This document shows, in pieces, positions 36,309 to 48,676 of a stretch of 64,000 nt of DNA. The notes under the pieces are model-generated. The model made no database searches and was not told the origin of the DNA. It saw only the letters and a list, made by a program, of their open reading frames with translations. Origin of the DNA: Curvularia clavata (taxonomy: Eukaryota). Both the position numbers and the translations under genes were made by a program. Each line of letters starts with the position of its first letter. The first letter of the stretch is position 1. The stretch covers positions 3,844,001-3,908,000 of the forward strand of contig CP089275.1 of assembly GCA_023920165.1 (NCBI GenBank), given 5' to 3'.

Positions 36309-38265
36309 ATGCAGCGGCGTCGCATAGGTACCGTACCGGTTCGGAACGATAGCCGCTTATTCAACGCACATCACCTCGTATTTGATCCACCCGCCCGCGA
36401 GTGGGATGCGGCTCTGGGGTAAAACGAGGTTCGCTAGTGCGGCAGCGCTTGAACGTCATGATTGAGGAGGGGGTTAGGATTATTGGTCAAAGTAGTTCAG
36501 CCGTGATGATGGCGACGCGAATAAGGTGCCATGGCAACAAGGGCATCTGATGGCAATGTGACAAGTTTGGTGGGATTAATTGGTGGGATAGGCCCACAGG
36601 ATGGCTTGCTTGCTTGTTAGCATGGTTGACTGGGCACGGCAGATACAAGCTCTCGTGCCTGCCACTATGGGTAGTACAGAGGCTTGGCTGGTCGCCTGCC
36701 TTGTGTGGGTTGAAGGCATATGGTTCGGAGGCGGGCGACAAGACGGGTTTGGTGGTGAGGGAGCAGGCACCTGGTGGGTGGGGCATAAGCATGTGGAGAC
36801 GATTGGTGCTGGGTGCGGAGCTGGTGGGGGGTCCGTTATCTATCTGACATTATCCACAAAGTCGACATGGTTGCTCACTGCACGATGCGCATGTCTGGCA
36901 AGCCCGGAGGATGACATGGCCGGCGGGTTTGGACGACGTCATGGTCCGTGGAGGAAAAAAGAGAATTGGGCTGGCCGCATATCGGACAAAGATTGCAGTT
37001 ATTAGCTGGGCCCCTATTGGAATTTTTCAGTGGGAACCAGAAATGTAGCGCACAGCCAGTGCTCGCCATGCATGATATGGGAGATGGATGGAGATGGGTG
37101 GGTGTTTCCAGAGTGATTAGCCTGCTTATGCTGGGCAATCATGTGCAACATGGCGGCAGGCGTACAAAACCCAGGCTTGTAAGACGGGGGTTTGGGCGTG
37201 GCAGTGAGGGCCAGTCATTGGTGCCGAGGGAGCGGGATAGTTTGGACTTTGCAGCAGAGTTGGGTTGTTGCCATGGCGCAGTGAAAATGTCCGAAGAGCA
37301 GCGCGAGTGGGCATCGAGTGTGGGTGGCAGATGGCGCGTCTTGCTGTCGACTGTCTACACCGCCTGGAGCAGCAACCAGAGCAGACGCAGAAGCAGAAGC
37401 AGAGACGGGCAAGGTGGGACAAGGAGCTAGACGATTAGAGTAGCGAGTGGCTTCGGCAAAGGCTCTCGTTGGCGCGCGCGCGACAGGCGGCCGACATTGC
37501 TGAAACAAGGCCTGCGGTTGGACGAAGGACGCGGAGAAGGGAGGCAAATGGCCACGCTGAGGGCGGCGAGCAGCGACGTGATTGCGCACTTTTCTCCGAG
37601 GGGGCGTGGCCGCGGCGAGACTTGGTGCACTATTAATGGAAAGCAAGCACAAGACGTCGTCGGCCCAATTTCCAACGTCGGTCGGCGGCTTGGTTGCAGC
37701 AGAGACGAAGGGACATGGAAAGAAGATAGCCCTGCCGTGGTAGTATGCAGCGGGTAGAGAGGCACGCCAACCACGGCCACAGACACACCACCACTACCCA
37801 CGCACAACACCGCGTCAACGACACGGCCCCGCCACCACCACAACAAATAATACATGTACATGTACACACGCCTTTGCCCTCATCGACGCACCCTCAGGCT
37901 CCCCACGCCCCCTTTGTCGCCCTCCGCCTTGACGCTGTTGCGGCTAGTGGGTTTGAGGCGGCGGCCAGAATTGCGCACTCAACGCTCGCCAGTCTATCCA
38001 GGGCCACCCCGGTCGGGCCAGGCTTGGCGCATCGGCACCCCTTAACGTCACCTCTGGATCCGTTTTCTCGACTCCCAATTCAAGCTCCTGCCAACCCTTA
38101 CCCTGTTGCTCTCTTCTCACACGACACTCGTTCACCCTCGGGACGCCCGCTCGACAGCCCGCCAGCGCAGAGCGCACCACCACGCTCCTTTGCTGCCTCG
38201 CTCTCGCCCGCCCTCTTGCCCACACCCTCTCCACATCACTTCGCACACGTACCTATACACCCACC

Positions 38266-39931
38266 ATGGCGCAGCAGTACGCCCGCCCCTCCCCGCCGCC
38301 CGCTCCTGCGGCTCCTCCCGCGCGCACATGGCTAACTCGTCTCCAGAATCACGTCGTCCTTGAAGGACTTCTGGCACACAATGACTTCGTATGACCGACA
38401 TGCCTCGCACGACTCTCCCTATCGGACCGGCCGTCACATCCCCATCCCACAGAGCCGCCACGCCGCCCTCACCTCCATCGCCACCAGCGGCGCAGAGTCC
38501 CGCACCGACCTCAACTCGCCCTACCAGCACGACGAGCTGGCCACCAGCAATGGCTTCATCGGCTCTCCCAAGGGCCCAATGTCCCCCAGCTCCCCCTACT
38601 CGCCCGGCATGCGTGGCTCCCTCAGTCGCCAAGCCACACTCGACTCGGATGCCTTCGACAAGGCTGCCAATGGCCAGATCCCGATGCAGGACTTCAACGA
38701 GGGCCTGCCTCCCCCTCCCCCAGTTACCCACTCATGGAAGCGCATTGATCGCTGGGTCGAGGACAACTACCAAGAGCTGTTTGACAACTTGTGCGAGGGC
38801 TGCACATCCAACGATGTCAACGAACTAGAGCACGAGCTGGATGCCACGCTCCCCATGGATGTCCGCGAGTCGCTGCAGGTCCACGATGGTCAAGAGCGTG
38901 GCGGTCTCCCCACCGGTGTCCTCTTCGGCCTCATGTTGCTCGACTGCGAGGAAATCGTCATGGAGTGGAAGAACTGGCGCAAGGTCGCCGAGGAGTACCT
39001 GACCACAAAGGTCGACTATTCATCCCCGCAGATTCCAGTCAAGGCCTTCGCCGGCTCCTCTACCACGCCTCCAGTTGCCCAAGTGCAGAGCACCGGCAAT
39101 CCGCTGTGGCGACAAGACCTGCTCGCCCGCCAGGACTCGCAACCGCCAAACGCCGTACAAAAGGCCTACTCCCACCCGGCCTGGATTCCTCTTGCTCGCG
39201 ACTGGGGGGGTAACTACCTGGCCGTCGATCTTGCACCCGGTCCGAATGGCACATGGGGACAGATCATCATCTACGGCCGTGACTACGATTGCAAATACGT
39301 CGTCGCACGCTCCTGGGGCGCGCTTCTTGCCATGGTTGCTGACGACTTTGCTTCCAAGGACGTGCACATGGACGAAGAAACTGGCGAGCTGAAGCTCTTG
39401 ATCTTCAAGCGCCAGAACGTCGAGCCGCCTTACCTAGAGGTCCTCCGCTGGCGATGCGACCAGAAGCACGGTCGCCGACCTCCCAAGAGACGCCCAGTCA
39501 GCGGTCTGCGCGTCAATCCAAACGCCCCGGGAATGGTTGTTCCTAGTAGCACTGCGAGCAGCCCTTACCACAGCCCGGTGATTGCACCAGAAGACCGCGG
39601 CCGCAGTCCTCACAGGCTGTCAAAACCGCCAAAAGGCGTCAGCCCACGTGGTAAGCTCTCGAGCCCCTTGGCACGTGTCGCTGAGGAAAACCCACAACCG
39701 GTCCGTGTAAACACAAACCTCGATTCCAAGGCTGCTGCCCCAACCGAAAACCTCATCTCCATGGACACCCCGAGACCAAGCGACGAGCTCTCTCAACCAC
39801 GCAACAGCTTAGGTAGCGACAAGGAGAACAAGGAGAGCAAAGAGAGCAAGGACACAAAGAGGACTTCTTCATCGCTGAAGAGCCCTACTGCTGCCGCTGA
39901 GCCAGAAGGCCTAAAGACTGTCGAGATATAG
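38266..39931 (+). CDS. SMI1: Smi1/Knr4 glucan synthesis regulatory protein
   Basis: SMI1_KNR4 motifs LPMDVRESLQVHDGQE, HPAWIPLARDWGGN, VDLAPGPNGTWGQII. An 11-nt first exon (ATGGCGCAGCA) is followed by intron 38277-38346. Confidence 0.93.
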
Positions 39932-40167
39932 CCATCTCGCAGCAATTGCTTCTCTTCAAACCATACTCACCGTTGACGATCTACTATTAGAAGGAACCCG
40001 CTGGATACCTGGCAGTCGAAATAAACATGATAGGAGTGCAGGCGTAGGATGGAGTACAAAATCATCACAACATTGAGTTTGTGGTGGTGTTTGCTTGGCA
40101 ACATTGACAGCATTTTCTCCTTCTCCCAAGGCAAATGGGGCGTTTTTTTCAACAATGCAAATCTACT

Positions 40168-40202
40168 TCTTTTTTCTTCTCTTCTCTTCTCTTCTCTTCT
40201 TC
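40168..40202 (+). repeat. (CTCTT)n microsatellite in the probable SMI1 3' UTR
   Basis: ttctcttctcttctcttctcttctt read directly. Confidence 0.8.
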
Positions 40203-41420
40203 CTGTTCTTCTCCTTCTTCCAGCACACAAACACGGCCCGCACCCCCACGTTTTTAGTGGGTGATTATTTTCCGCAACCTCAATCACCTTTTCACCTGCT
40301 CGCACAATGGCTTACGGTTACCCAATGCACGCACACACAAAACTCAAGAGCCGTAATCAGCAGAAAAGAAAAGATGCCGTTAATCTTTATCCCCCCCAGA
40401 GCACATCCTACAAGCTGCTACTTTTAGGTGTACTTTGGGTCTTCTCATACACCACACCTTTGTAACAACAGCTTTTTGTTTTTACTTATTCTTCTTCTTC
40501 TTTTTCTGCAGCTCATAGCGTTGCCTTGCTTACACTTACTTGTCCACGTTAGCGCCTACCAAAAATTTATATTCATTTTTCTTCACTTCCTCTGCTTCTA
40601 GCCTTGCGGCTTTTCTTTCTTATTGCACGAAAGCCGGGATCGATCGATCGATCTCTTGGTTTGGTAAGTGTGGCTTGTTTTAGGCACATTTTCCCAGAGA
40701 CTAATTAGGGGTAATGACGCATTCGTGTGTTGGCGGTGGTGACGAGTTAGACATATGTATGGAGAGAGGGAAGTGACTTTTTTTTAACACTCTCTTTGGC
40801 TACAAGGGCATTACCGCTATCATCCCAAAGTATACGTCAAAGAGGGGGAAAGATAGAGGAAGCTTTGATAGCTGGTTCTCTTCTCGCCTTTCCCTTCCTT
40901 ACTTGGGCGCCTATGTCTGTGTCTGTCTATGTATAGTGTAGGGGATTCAGGTGTAGTAAACAGAGAAAGAAGGCATCTTGGGACGGGCTTAATAATGTTG
41001 GACGAAACATGCATGGAAGATATTCGTTTGTCAAACATCGCACGTGTGTCGTTTTGATCCATCGGAAGTGATCCTATCGCCTGTATTCTGGGCAATTGAA
41101 CAATACGGAGATGTTGCGTGCTACTCTATCAAGCTTTCGAATGCCTGTCCAAGCAATCGATCGACGCCTTGACATCATTCAACGACTAAGCTTTTTATCA
41201 TCTCCTTGTTTTTTTTTCTTGGGGGAAAAGTAAACAACAATCCACCAGCCGAATCTAGACGAAAGAAACAAGGGATACAACGGTACTTATCTAAGCTGTA
41301 AGACACAGAAAGGGGTATATGTAGAATTCTATATACACGTCCCAAATCAACAAAACCTTCCCAGATGCTGAGAGAAAGGGTCCTATAATCATACAAAGTC
41401 ATATACATCACTAATCCCTT

Positions 41421-43558
41421 TTACAACCCTTGCACATCCACTCCCTGCGTCGCGCCCTTATACTTCTCCTTCCTCGCCTCAATCTCTTCCTTCATCCTCG
41501 CTTGCCGCTCCTCTCTGCCCACCCCTTTAACAAACTGCAGCAATCTCAGCGCCCCCGTCGGCGTCACGCCCTCGACACGTCTCGCCATGCCCACGCTCTC
41601 TGGCCTCGCTGCCTCAAGCGCCCGCTTCTCTTCGAAACTCAGCCCGAAAATGGAGTCGTAGTCGAGGTCGAGGGGAAGCTGCAGCTTCTCGTCTTTAAGC
41701 CAGCGCGCTTGCGAGGCAGTTTGGTATGCCACATAAGGGGCGTATGTGGCTTCTATGTGAACGCGGTCGCGAATGCGCTGTGGGAAGGAGTTGATCTCAG
41801 GAAGTAAGCTAGCGAGACTGGCGGGAGTGGTGTTGGGGAGGCGGAGAAGATCGTATGCGGAGCGCTTGGTACTGTCGTTCCGGACAGAAAAGCCGTGCTT
41901 AACCCAGTCTGTCCAGCCCATGGTTTTGGATTGCAGGACGCTGGTCAAGGCGGATATCTGGTCTGCTTCGTCTTGGAAGGCTTGCCAGCGTACGTCGCTG
42001 ATTACACCGCTGGCGCGGCCCATGGCTGTAAGACGCGAGTCGGCGTTGTCGGCGCGTGCAGACATGCGGTATTCAGAGCGGGAGGTAAACATGCGGTAGG
42101 GTTCTGATACGCCTTTTGTGATGAGGTCGTCAATCATGATGCCGATGTATCCATCTGCTCTCGTCAAGACCATGGCTTCTTTGCCCAAGCTCTTCAGTCC
42201 GGCGTTGATACCCGCAATCACACCCTGACCCGCTGCCTCTTCGTATCCTGTTGTTCCGTTGATTTGGCCGGCTAAGAAGAGACCAGAGATGTTCTTCGTC
42301 TCGAGGGTGGAGCGTAAATTCCGTGGGTCGACATAGTCGTATTCAACGCCATATCCGGGTTGGAGCATAGTTACATTCTCAAGGCCCTTGATCGTCTTGA
42401 GCATAGTGTTTTGGACATCCGCAGGTACAGTACACGATATACCGTTCGGATATATTATGTCGGTATCGAACCCCTCTGGCTCCAGCCAAACAATATGCGA
42501 CGACTTATCAGCAAAGCGTATAACCTTTGATTCCAATGAGGGACAGTATCGTGGACCTTTTACGGTTTCCCGAATATGTATCGACTTGTCGAGATTCTTT
42601 CGTATTACGTCGTGCGTCGCTTCGTTTGTTCGTGTCTCGTGATTCAGTAGCTGATTTTCCACCTGCACACGCTCATTCAAGTAGCTGAACGGCATTGGCG
42701 GGTTGTCCCCCTCTTGTGCTTCCAGAACCTTGTAGTTGATTGTTTTGCCATCCAGCCGTGGTGGTGTCCCCGTCTTTAGCCTTCCCAGTGTGAAGCCGGC
42801 ATCCCGCAAGCTCTTACTGAGTCCTAGTGTGGCAGCCTCACCCATGCGTCCAGAAGGATATGCCTCGAGCCCGATATGTATCTCTCCGCCAAGGAATGTG
42901 CCCGTGGTGATTACCACATTGCCTGTTGGTATGATCTCACCACTCTCCAGCCTTACACCAGTGATCTTGCCGTATGTTCCCTTGGAGCCCTCTTCTTGCG
43001 TCCGATCGACGATGATATCTGCCACACTCCCCTCCACAACACTCAAGCCCTTGTATGTCAACATCTCTTCCTTCATGTATCTTTTGTAAAGTGCCCGGTC
43101 AATCTGGGCTCGCGGTCCCCAAACGGCGGGCCCCTTTTTCCGATTCAGAACTCTGAATTGCACACCAGCTTTGTCCACAATTCGACCAACAACACCGTCC
43201 AGGGCATCTATCTCACGGATCATGGTGCCTTTGCCGATACCACCAAAAGAAGGGTTGCATGAGCACACCCCGAGGTTTTCGATCGAGGGTGTAACAAGGG
43301 CTGTTCGTGCACCAGCGCGCGCTGCTGCTGCAGAGGCTTCGCAGCCTGCATGACCACCTCCAATGACTATGACATCGTATGGCCTGCAGGATGGTCAGAG
43401 GTGAGCGACTAGCGGGGTAGTGGGAATGTAGTGGCATACCGTTCAGTGCTGGAGACTGTCGCAAATGTTCGGTGGCTTCGATTGAAGCGCTTCGCTGACC
43501 GAACACGTGGCGCATGACCCCATAGTTGACGTGCTGGTAGGGGCACAATTCTTTGCAT
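41421..43558 (-). CDS. MTO1: Mitochondrial tRNA U34 modification enzyme (GidA/MnmG family)
   Basis: [72 protein letters not shown]. Arg-rich presequence; intron 43384-43439. Confidence 0.96.
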
Positions 43559-44842
43559 GTTGGAAAGTTGTGTTGTTGGAGTCTAGTTGCGCCACAAAAA
43601 AGTTGAGGCGGCCTTCTCGGAGGTCTTCGTTCGCCGCATTTTGTGTCTGTGCTCAGGGCTCTCCGTGTACTTCGAACATGGTTGTGATAAAAGTATCCTT
43701 ACCCCAACACCACAACTCTAATAAAATGCATTTTCCAGCTCTTCAAGATATGAGTCAAACTGAAATAGATCTACGTACTGAAGAAGTTTATCATATAATC
43801 TTTCTCCTCTATTACTCATCTGCAAATCCTATCTTCACACCTACAGCCCTGCACAACCTAAGAATGAAGAGTTAGTTATAGGACTTGTCTCTACTTTCCC
43901 TTACTTCTAAACGAGATTAAGCCTCTATAGTTTGTATGCAAAGTTGCATTTTCCGTGGCTCATGGCCCTGGCTGTGGATCTTGAACAAGGCAGCCCGGCC
44001 AATCCCCTTCCACACGACACTCATACCATTGTAGTAATTTTCACTGTGAATTGGTCGTTCACGCTGACCAGTATGGCCATGATTTGTGCCTTCATCTTCA
44101 ACTATGAGAGCGCTGCACTTGCACCCACATCTAGTAATCTCACTCAAACCTGCAGGCATGGCACGACTCTACTTCCGTACAAAGATCCATCTTTTTAGGC
44201 GATATAGACTTCGAGAGCTTGTTGGACAAGTACGCAATTCTGTCTCTTTGTATATTGAAATCATTGCAATAAAACTAGACTCGACAATTGTTTTAAAACT
44301 TGATTTTGGATCCTAGAGACACGAGGCAAATACGAATATGTTGAAGTTTATTTCAATGATCTACTATATACAGTGATCAGAACTTGGATGTAGGTTAGGC
44401 GATTTGGATGCAGCTTTTCCCCAACCATTTCGGTACATTGAGAGTCTGGCTGCCGCCGTGCTCGTTCAAATGGATCAACACTCATCAGATAGCTTGGAAA
44501 AGGCACAAAAAGAGCTTTCATCTGTATTCGTCAAGCCAGAAAACGAAAACTAGTGCATTGCGAGGAAAAGGTATCATTCAGAAAGTATCATGGCCAGCCG
44601 CTACGAGAGTAGAGATAATACAATAGAAACATTGAGACAGTATTCATACACGCTGGTATCATAGACCAACAACATCCTGCAAGATGTCCGCATTGCAGTT
44701 TGCAAATACAATTCCCATTTTCACAATTCGTCATTACACGTGCGCTCCCTGTTACTACACTATACACTTCTAGTCATCTCCACGATCTGGGCGTGCAGCA
44801 CAAAGTGACAGCGATTCCAAAGGGAATGGAAGATAGGTACGT

Positions 44843-45359
44843 TTACCCGGAAGCTTCCTGAATGAGACCCTCATCATTGGTGTCAGGCTCGTCGCTGCGA
44901 GCGCGCTGTAGGACGTCAAAGTTACCTAGAGCAGTTGTTAGCAATGCGCCCCCACCTCAGCATTGACTATGGCCGGATCAACGTACGGGCAACCAAGCTC
45001 AAGTTGCTCTTCTTGTTTCCTTCGCTGTCAAGGTATGTCTCCATGCGCGCATCTGCGTCGACATAAAGCAGCGAACCCTTTGGAACATTCATCAAGAAGT
45101 CCTTCTGCGCGCCCTGGACAAAGCTAGCAATCCTGAACCAGCTCGTTTTTTTGTCCTCGCCCTTGCCGTAGCTTGTGCCAACCACGTAGCGCACCAATGT
45201 CCTGTCGCCGGAAATGGTAACCTCCTCTGGCGCAACACCCAGGCGGCCAACCACTGTCATGCGGGCAATCTGCGAGGGGCGGGTCGACGAGAAGCTGCGT
45301 GTGAAAGCGGTGGTAGCGGGTTGCGCGCGCACTGCGGCACGGAAGGTGGAGGTCAACAT
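44843..45359 (-). CDS. RIM1: Mitochondrial single-stranded DNA-binding protein
   Basis: Presequence MLTSTFRAAVR..RSFSST, then SSB OB-fold motifs (ARMTVVGRLG, TSWFRIASF, KGSLLYVDAD). Intron 44926-44986. Confidence 0.88.
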
Positions 45360-45678
45360 TTTCGCCAGTGATGCACTTGTTGGGTTCAAAGAGAATTTCT
45401 GGGCTGGTCGGTCAGGCGGCAGCGAATTTGATGTCAGTGATTGTTCGGATGCAAGAGAGTGGGGTTGTTTGCTGACGAGGGGCGCGACGTGTACGCGGTT
45501 GTGCGACAAAGATAGGCTTTGCTGTTTTGGGCTTGGGCGATAAATGGGTATTATGGGACACTACCCCAAGCGTATGCAAGGTCACCATATCAAAACTGGT
45601 CGCCGATTGGCCTTGATTTGTACGCGTATCCTTTACATGGCTAATCCCAGCCGCGTAACTGGCACCATACTGCTTTCA

Positions 45679-47376
45679 TTACCGCTTGACCCTCTTGCTA
45701 TCTCTCTCCTCTTCGCTATCGTAGTCTTTGTAGATTCCCACCGGCTGTGTTTTCTCCCATGCACCTGTAAAGATAGCCTTCTCGCCCTCTTTCGGCGCAT
45801 ACTTGAGCAACGCTTCTCTGGGATCCTCATCTCTCATATCACTGCCAACAATGTTCTCCATGACGTACTTTTGATCAGGAGTAGACTTGGCAAAAGGTGT
45901 GGTAGCAGGGATATGCGGCCTTCTGGGGTCTCTGCTCTTGCCAGATGCTGTGAGACCAATGGTAGGATGGCGGGCCGAGAAGGACGCCGGATTTCCAGAC
46001 GGATCATGGGCCTCGCCTGCCATACCCAGCGGGTCCATGTCCACTGTGAGGGATGGGTCGTCATCAACATGTCGCTTCTTAGGTTTTTTACTCAGAATAG
46101 TAAGAGCGCCGGCATTGGAGAGCTTGGGGTTGAAGAGGATGGTTGTCTGGCCATTACCAGAGCCAGTGAGGATCTGATTGAGCTTTGGATGCCAGTTTAC
46201 CGTGATAAGAGGGGAACCTGGCGTTACAGGCGTCACAAGCTCCGGCCGGAGTGTCGCTGGGTTCAGGATGTGCAAATGGCCTGTTCCGGAGCCTGTAATT
46301 ATGCTTTGCATGTTCGGAGCGAATTGGATGTTCGATGTAGGGAACTGTGATGAGGTGGACGGGTGCGTGGTTGTGTTCAGAGGAGTCTTGAACTTCCTCG
46401 TATCCCATAGTTTGATCGTGTCGTCGCCGCCTCTTGTAACAACCAATCTCCCGTCTGGGCTGATATCAATTCCGCTTGTCCAAGTGTCTTTTGCATGTGC
46501 GTCTTTGATTTCAGCTGTAGGACGATGATATGGTCCTTCACCACTCCACATGACCAGACTTCCGTCTAGGGCTGCGGAGACCAACATACTGCTCCCTCCC
46601 TCAGCTGCTGCACCCCAGGCAATGGCTGTCATTCTCGTCATACCCGCGCTGCCAGCAGCTCTTGATTTGTATACAATGACCTCCTCCTGCTTCATCCTCT
46701 TGTTGACATCCCATATCCGTACTGTGCTATCTGTGCCAGCCGTAACAAAACGATCGCGATTTGTCGGGTGCCATGCTCCGCTTGTGACCTCTGCTGTGTG
46801 TCCCTTTGTGTTGTGCTTGTCTCTCAGATACATGTCACCCTTGACAAACTCGGATATGAGATCTCCATCCCTGCTGAAAAGCCTCGGCTGCGATGTCGCA
46901 GTTATGCAAAGGTACTGTCCCCCAGAGTGTGGTCCGAATAATACCTGGTGTATCGAATGCGATTCGGCCGTCTGCGAGGGCTTGGTAGCGAATGGATCAA
47001 CCGTCTTGAACGCGCGAATCGTGCTCGGAGTAAGCGCACTCAGGTCGTGCAGCTTGAGCATACAGTCGTTACTGCCAGTCACCAGCCGCGTACCAGACGG
47101 ATCGAGGGCAGTTGTCGTCACCGCGCGATCATGCGTTTTGATGATTAATTCGTGTGACACCGGATACTCGTCCTCCTCGTCGCTCATGTCGCTGTCGTCA
47201 TCGGAATCTTTCTCATCGTCGGATCCATCCTCTTTCTTCGTTTGCTTGCTCTCATCAACAACTTTCCGGCGTGCGCGTTCAATCTGAGCTTCGATGTCTA
47301 CAGAACCATCTTTTTTCCCAAACTGACTTGGCATGTACTGCTTGAGAGCCTCGTTTTCTTCCGCGGAAAAATCCAT
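45679..47376 (-). CDS. WD40-repeat protein, WDR70/Gad1-like
   Basis: MPSQFGK, EFVKGDMYLRD..TKGH, RGGDDTIKLWD and DPREALLKYA. Likely start MDFSAEE at 47376. Confidence 0.88.
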   Translation of the reverse strand: MDFSAEENEALKQYMPSQFGKKDGSVDIEAQIERARRKVVDESKQTKKEDGSDDEKDSDDDSDMSDEEDEYPVSHELIIKTHDRAVTTTALDPSGTRLVTGSNDCMLKLHDLSALTPSTIRAFKTVDPFATKPSQTAESHSIHQVLFGPHSGGQYLCITATSQPRLFSRDGDLISEFVKGDMYLRDKHNTKGHTAEVTSGAWHPTNRDRFVTAGTDSTVRIWDVNKRMKQEEVIVYKSRAAGSAGMTRMTAIAWGAAAEGGSSMLVSAALDGSLVMWSGEGPYHRPTAEIKDAHAKDTWTSGIDISPDGRLVVTRGGDDTIKLWDTRKFKTPLNTTTHPSTSSQFPTSNIQFAPNMQSIITGSGTGHLHILNPATLRPELVTPVTPGSPLITVNWHPKLNQILTGSGNGQTTILFNPKLSNAGALTILSKKPKKRHVDDDPSLTVDMDPLGMAGEAHDPSGNPASFSARHPTIGLTASGKSRDPRRPHIPATTPFAKSTPDQKYVMENIVGSDMRDEDPREALLKYAPKEGEKAIFTGAWEKTQPVGIYKDYDSEEERDSKRVKR

Positions 47377-47906
47377 TATTGCGCCGTATGCATAGTAAGC
47401 AGAAGGAGGGTTGCTGTCATGAGCTGAGAGAAAGTTCAGGATAGCGTCTGCAGGATGACGCGCCGCGCTAGTGCCTACGCAATGTCTGAGCGATTGTGGG
47501 ACCACCGCATTTGGAAACATACCTTATGCAGCTATGGACTTTGCGCTAAACTTTCATATGGCATTTAGGGAATGCCAAAAGTGATTTTGGATTCCATGTT
47601 GTGCTATTGCGCAATTGGACAGGATGCATGACTGTCGACGTAGGAGCCGCCTAGAAATCTGACTGCAGGAGACGGCCCCGATTCAGTACGTCATGCAGAA
47701 CTACTGACTTACGATATGCGGAGTTTAGTCAGTATCTAGACAAGTTCAAGGAATCCTCTGGATACCATTGCTACTCAGTGGCGTTCTAAGAGCATAGCCT
47801 TGGAGCGCCTTGGGGGAACTACTGATATAAATCTATCGCCTTCCCTTCCTATTCACTACCAGCTCTACTTGAAACAGCATATTTATATCTGCATACTGTG
47901 TTCAAC

Positions 47907-48676
47907 ATGACTCGTACACTCATTGTCTTCGGAGCCGGTCCTGGCATTGGCAACAATATTGCTGCCGAATTTGCTTCCAAAGGCATCGACCATGTCGTCC
48001 TCCTCTCTCGCAACACGCAGCGACTACAGAACGAAGACGCTCCCTTCGTCTCGAAACGCAATGCTTCCGCCAAAGTCGACACATTGCGAATTGATCTTTC
48101 CGATCTTGCCTCCATTCCCAGTGTGCTCAAGGAGCTCGACGGCATGACCCAAGGCGAGGACGTCGAAGTTGTCTTCTTCAACGCCGCACGTATCAAACCA
48201 AGTGAAGTACTAGGCGTCAGTGTTGAGGAGATCGAAGAAGACTTCAAGGTACCGCTAGTTTCCTATATCGTTGATCATACATACAGCATCAACGACAACA
48301 TACTGACTATCGACTCTCATACCAGACAACCAATCTATCTCTATACATAATCGCGCAGCACTATATTCCCAAGCTCCAGACCCTCGCCAAGTCCAAAAGC
48401 TCTGCGAAACCCGCTCTTCTCGTCACAAACAGTCATCTGCCTTGGGACCCCATTCCAGTACTACTTTCGTTGAGTCTTGTTAAGGCATCCCAAAAGAACA
48501 TGGTTGAAAGTTTCCAACGTGCCTTCGGCGACAGTGGTGTTCACATTGGATTGATCCATGTCGAGGGCACTGTGACACCTGAGAACAAGGTGTTGAATCC
48601 CGAGACCATTGCTCAGAGAACAGTGGCATTCTGGGAGAGCGGAAAGGGCGCATGTATCAATCTCAGGGAGGAGTGA
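47907..48676 (+). CDS. Short-chain dehydrogenase/reductase (atypical)
   Basis: Rossmann motif GAGPGIG and VVFFNAA; intron 48249-48325; TATA-like GATATAAAT near 47825. Confidence 0.85.

Noticed and set aside
36487..38260. Multiple ORFs upstream of SMI1
   Set aside because: No motifs; consistent with a promoter and pyrimidine-rich 5' UTR.
43700..44700. AT-richer segment as a transposon relic or pseudogene
   Set aside because: No terminal repeats, target-site duplication or transposase/RT motifs could be identified.
45544..47287. 268-aa and 245-aa plus-strand ORFs
   Set aside because: Antisense shadows of the WD40 gene.
47702..47734. 8-bp inverted repeat TACTGACT..AGTCAGTA upstream of the SDR gene
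   Set aside because: Too short to exceed chance expectation in 64 kb.
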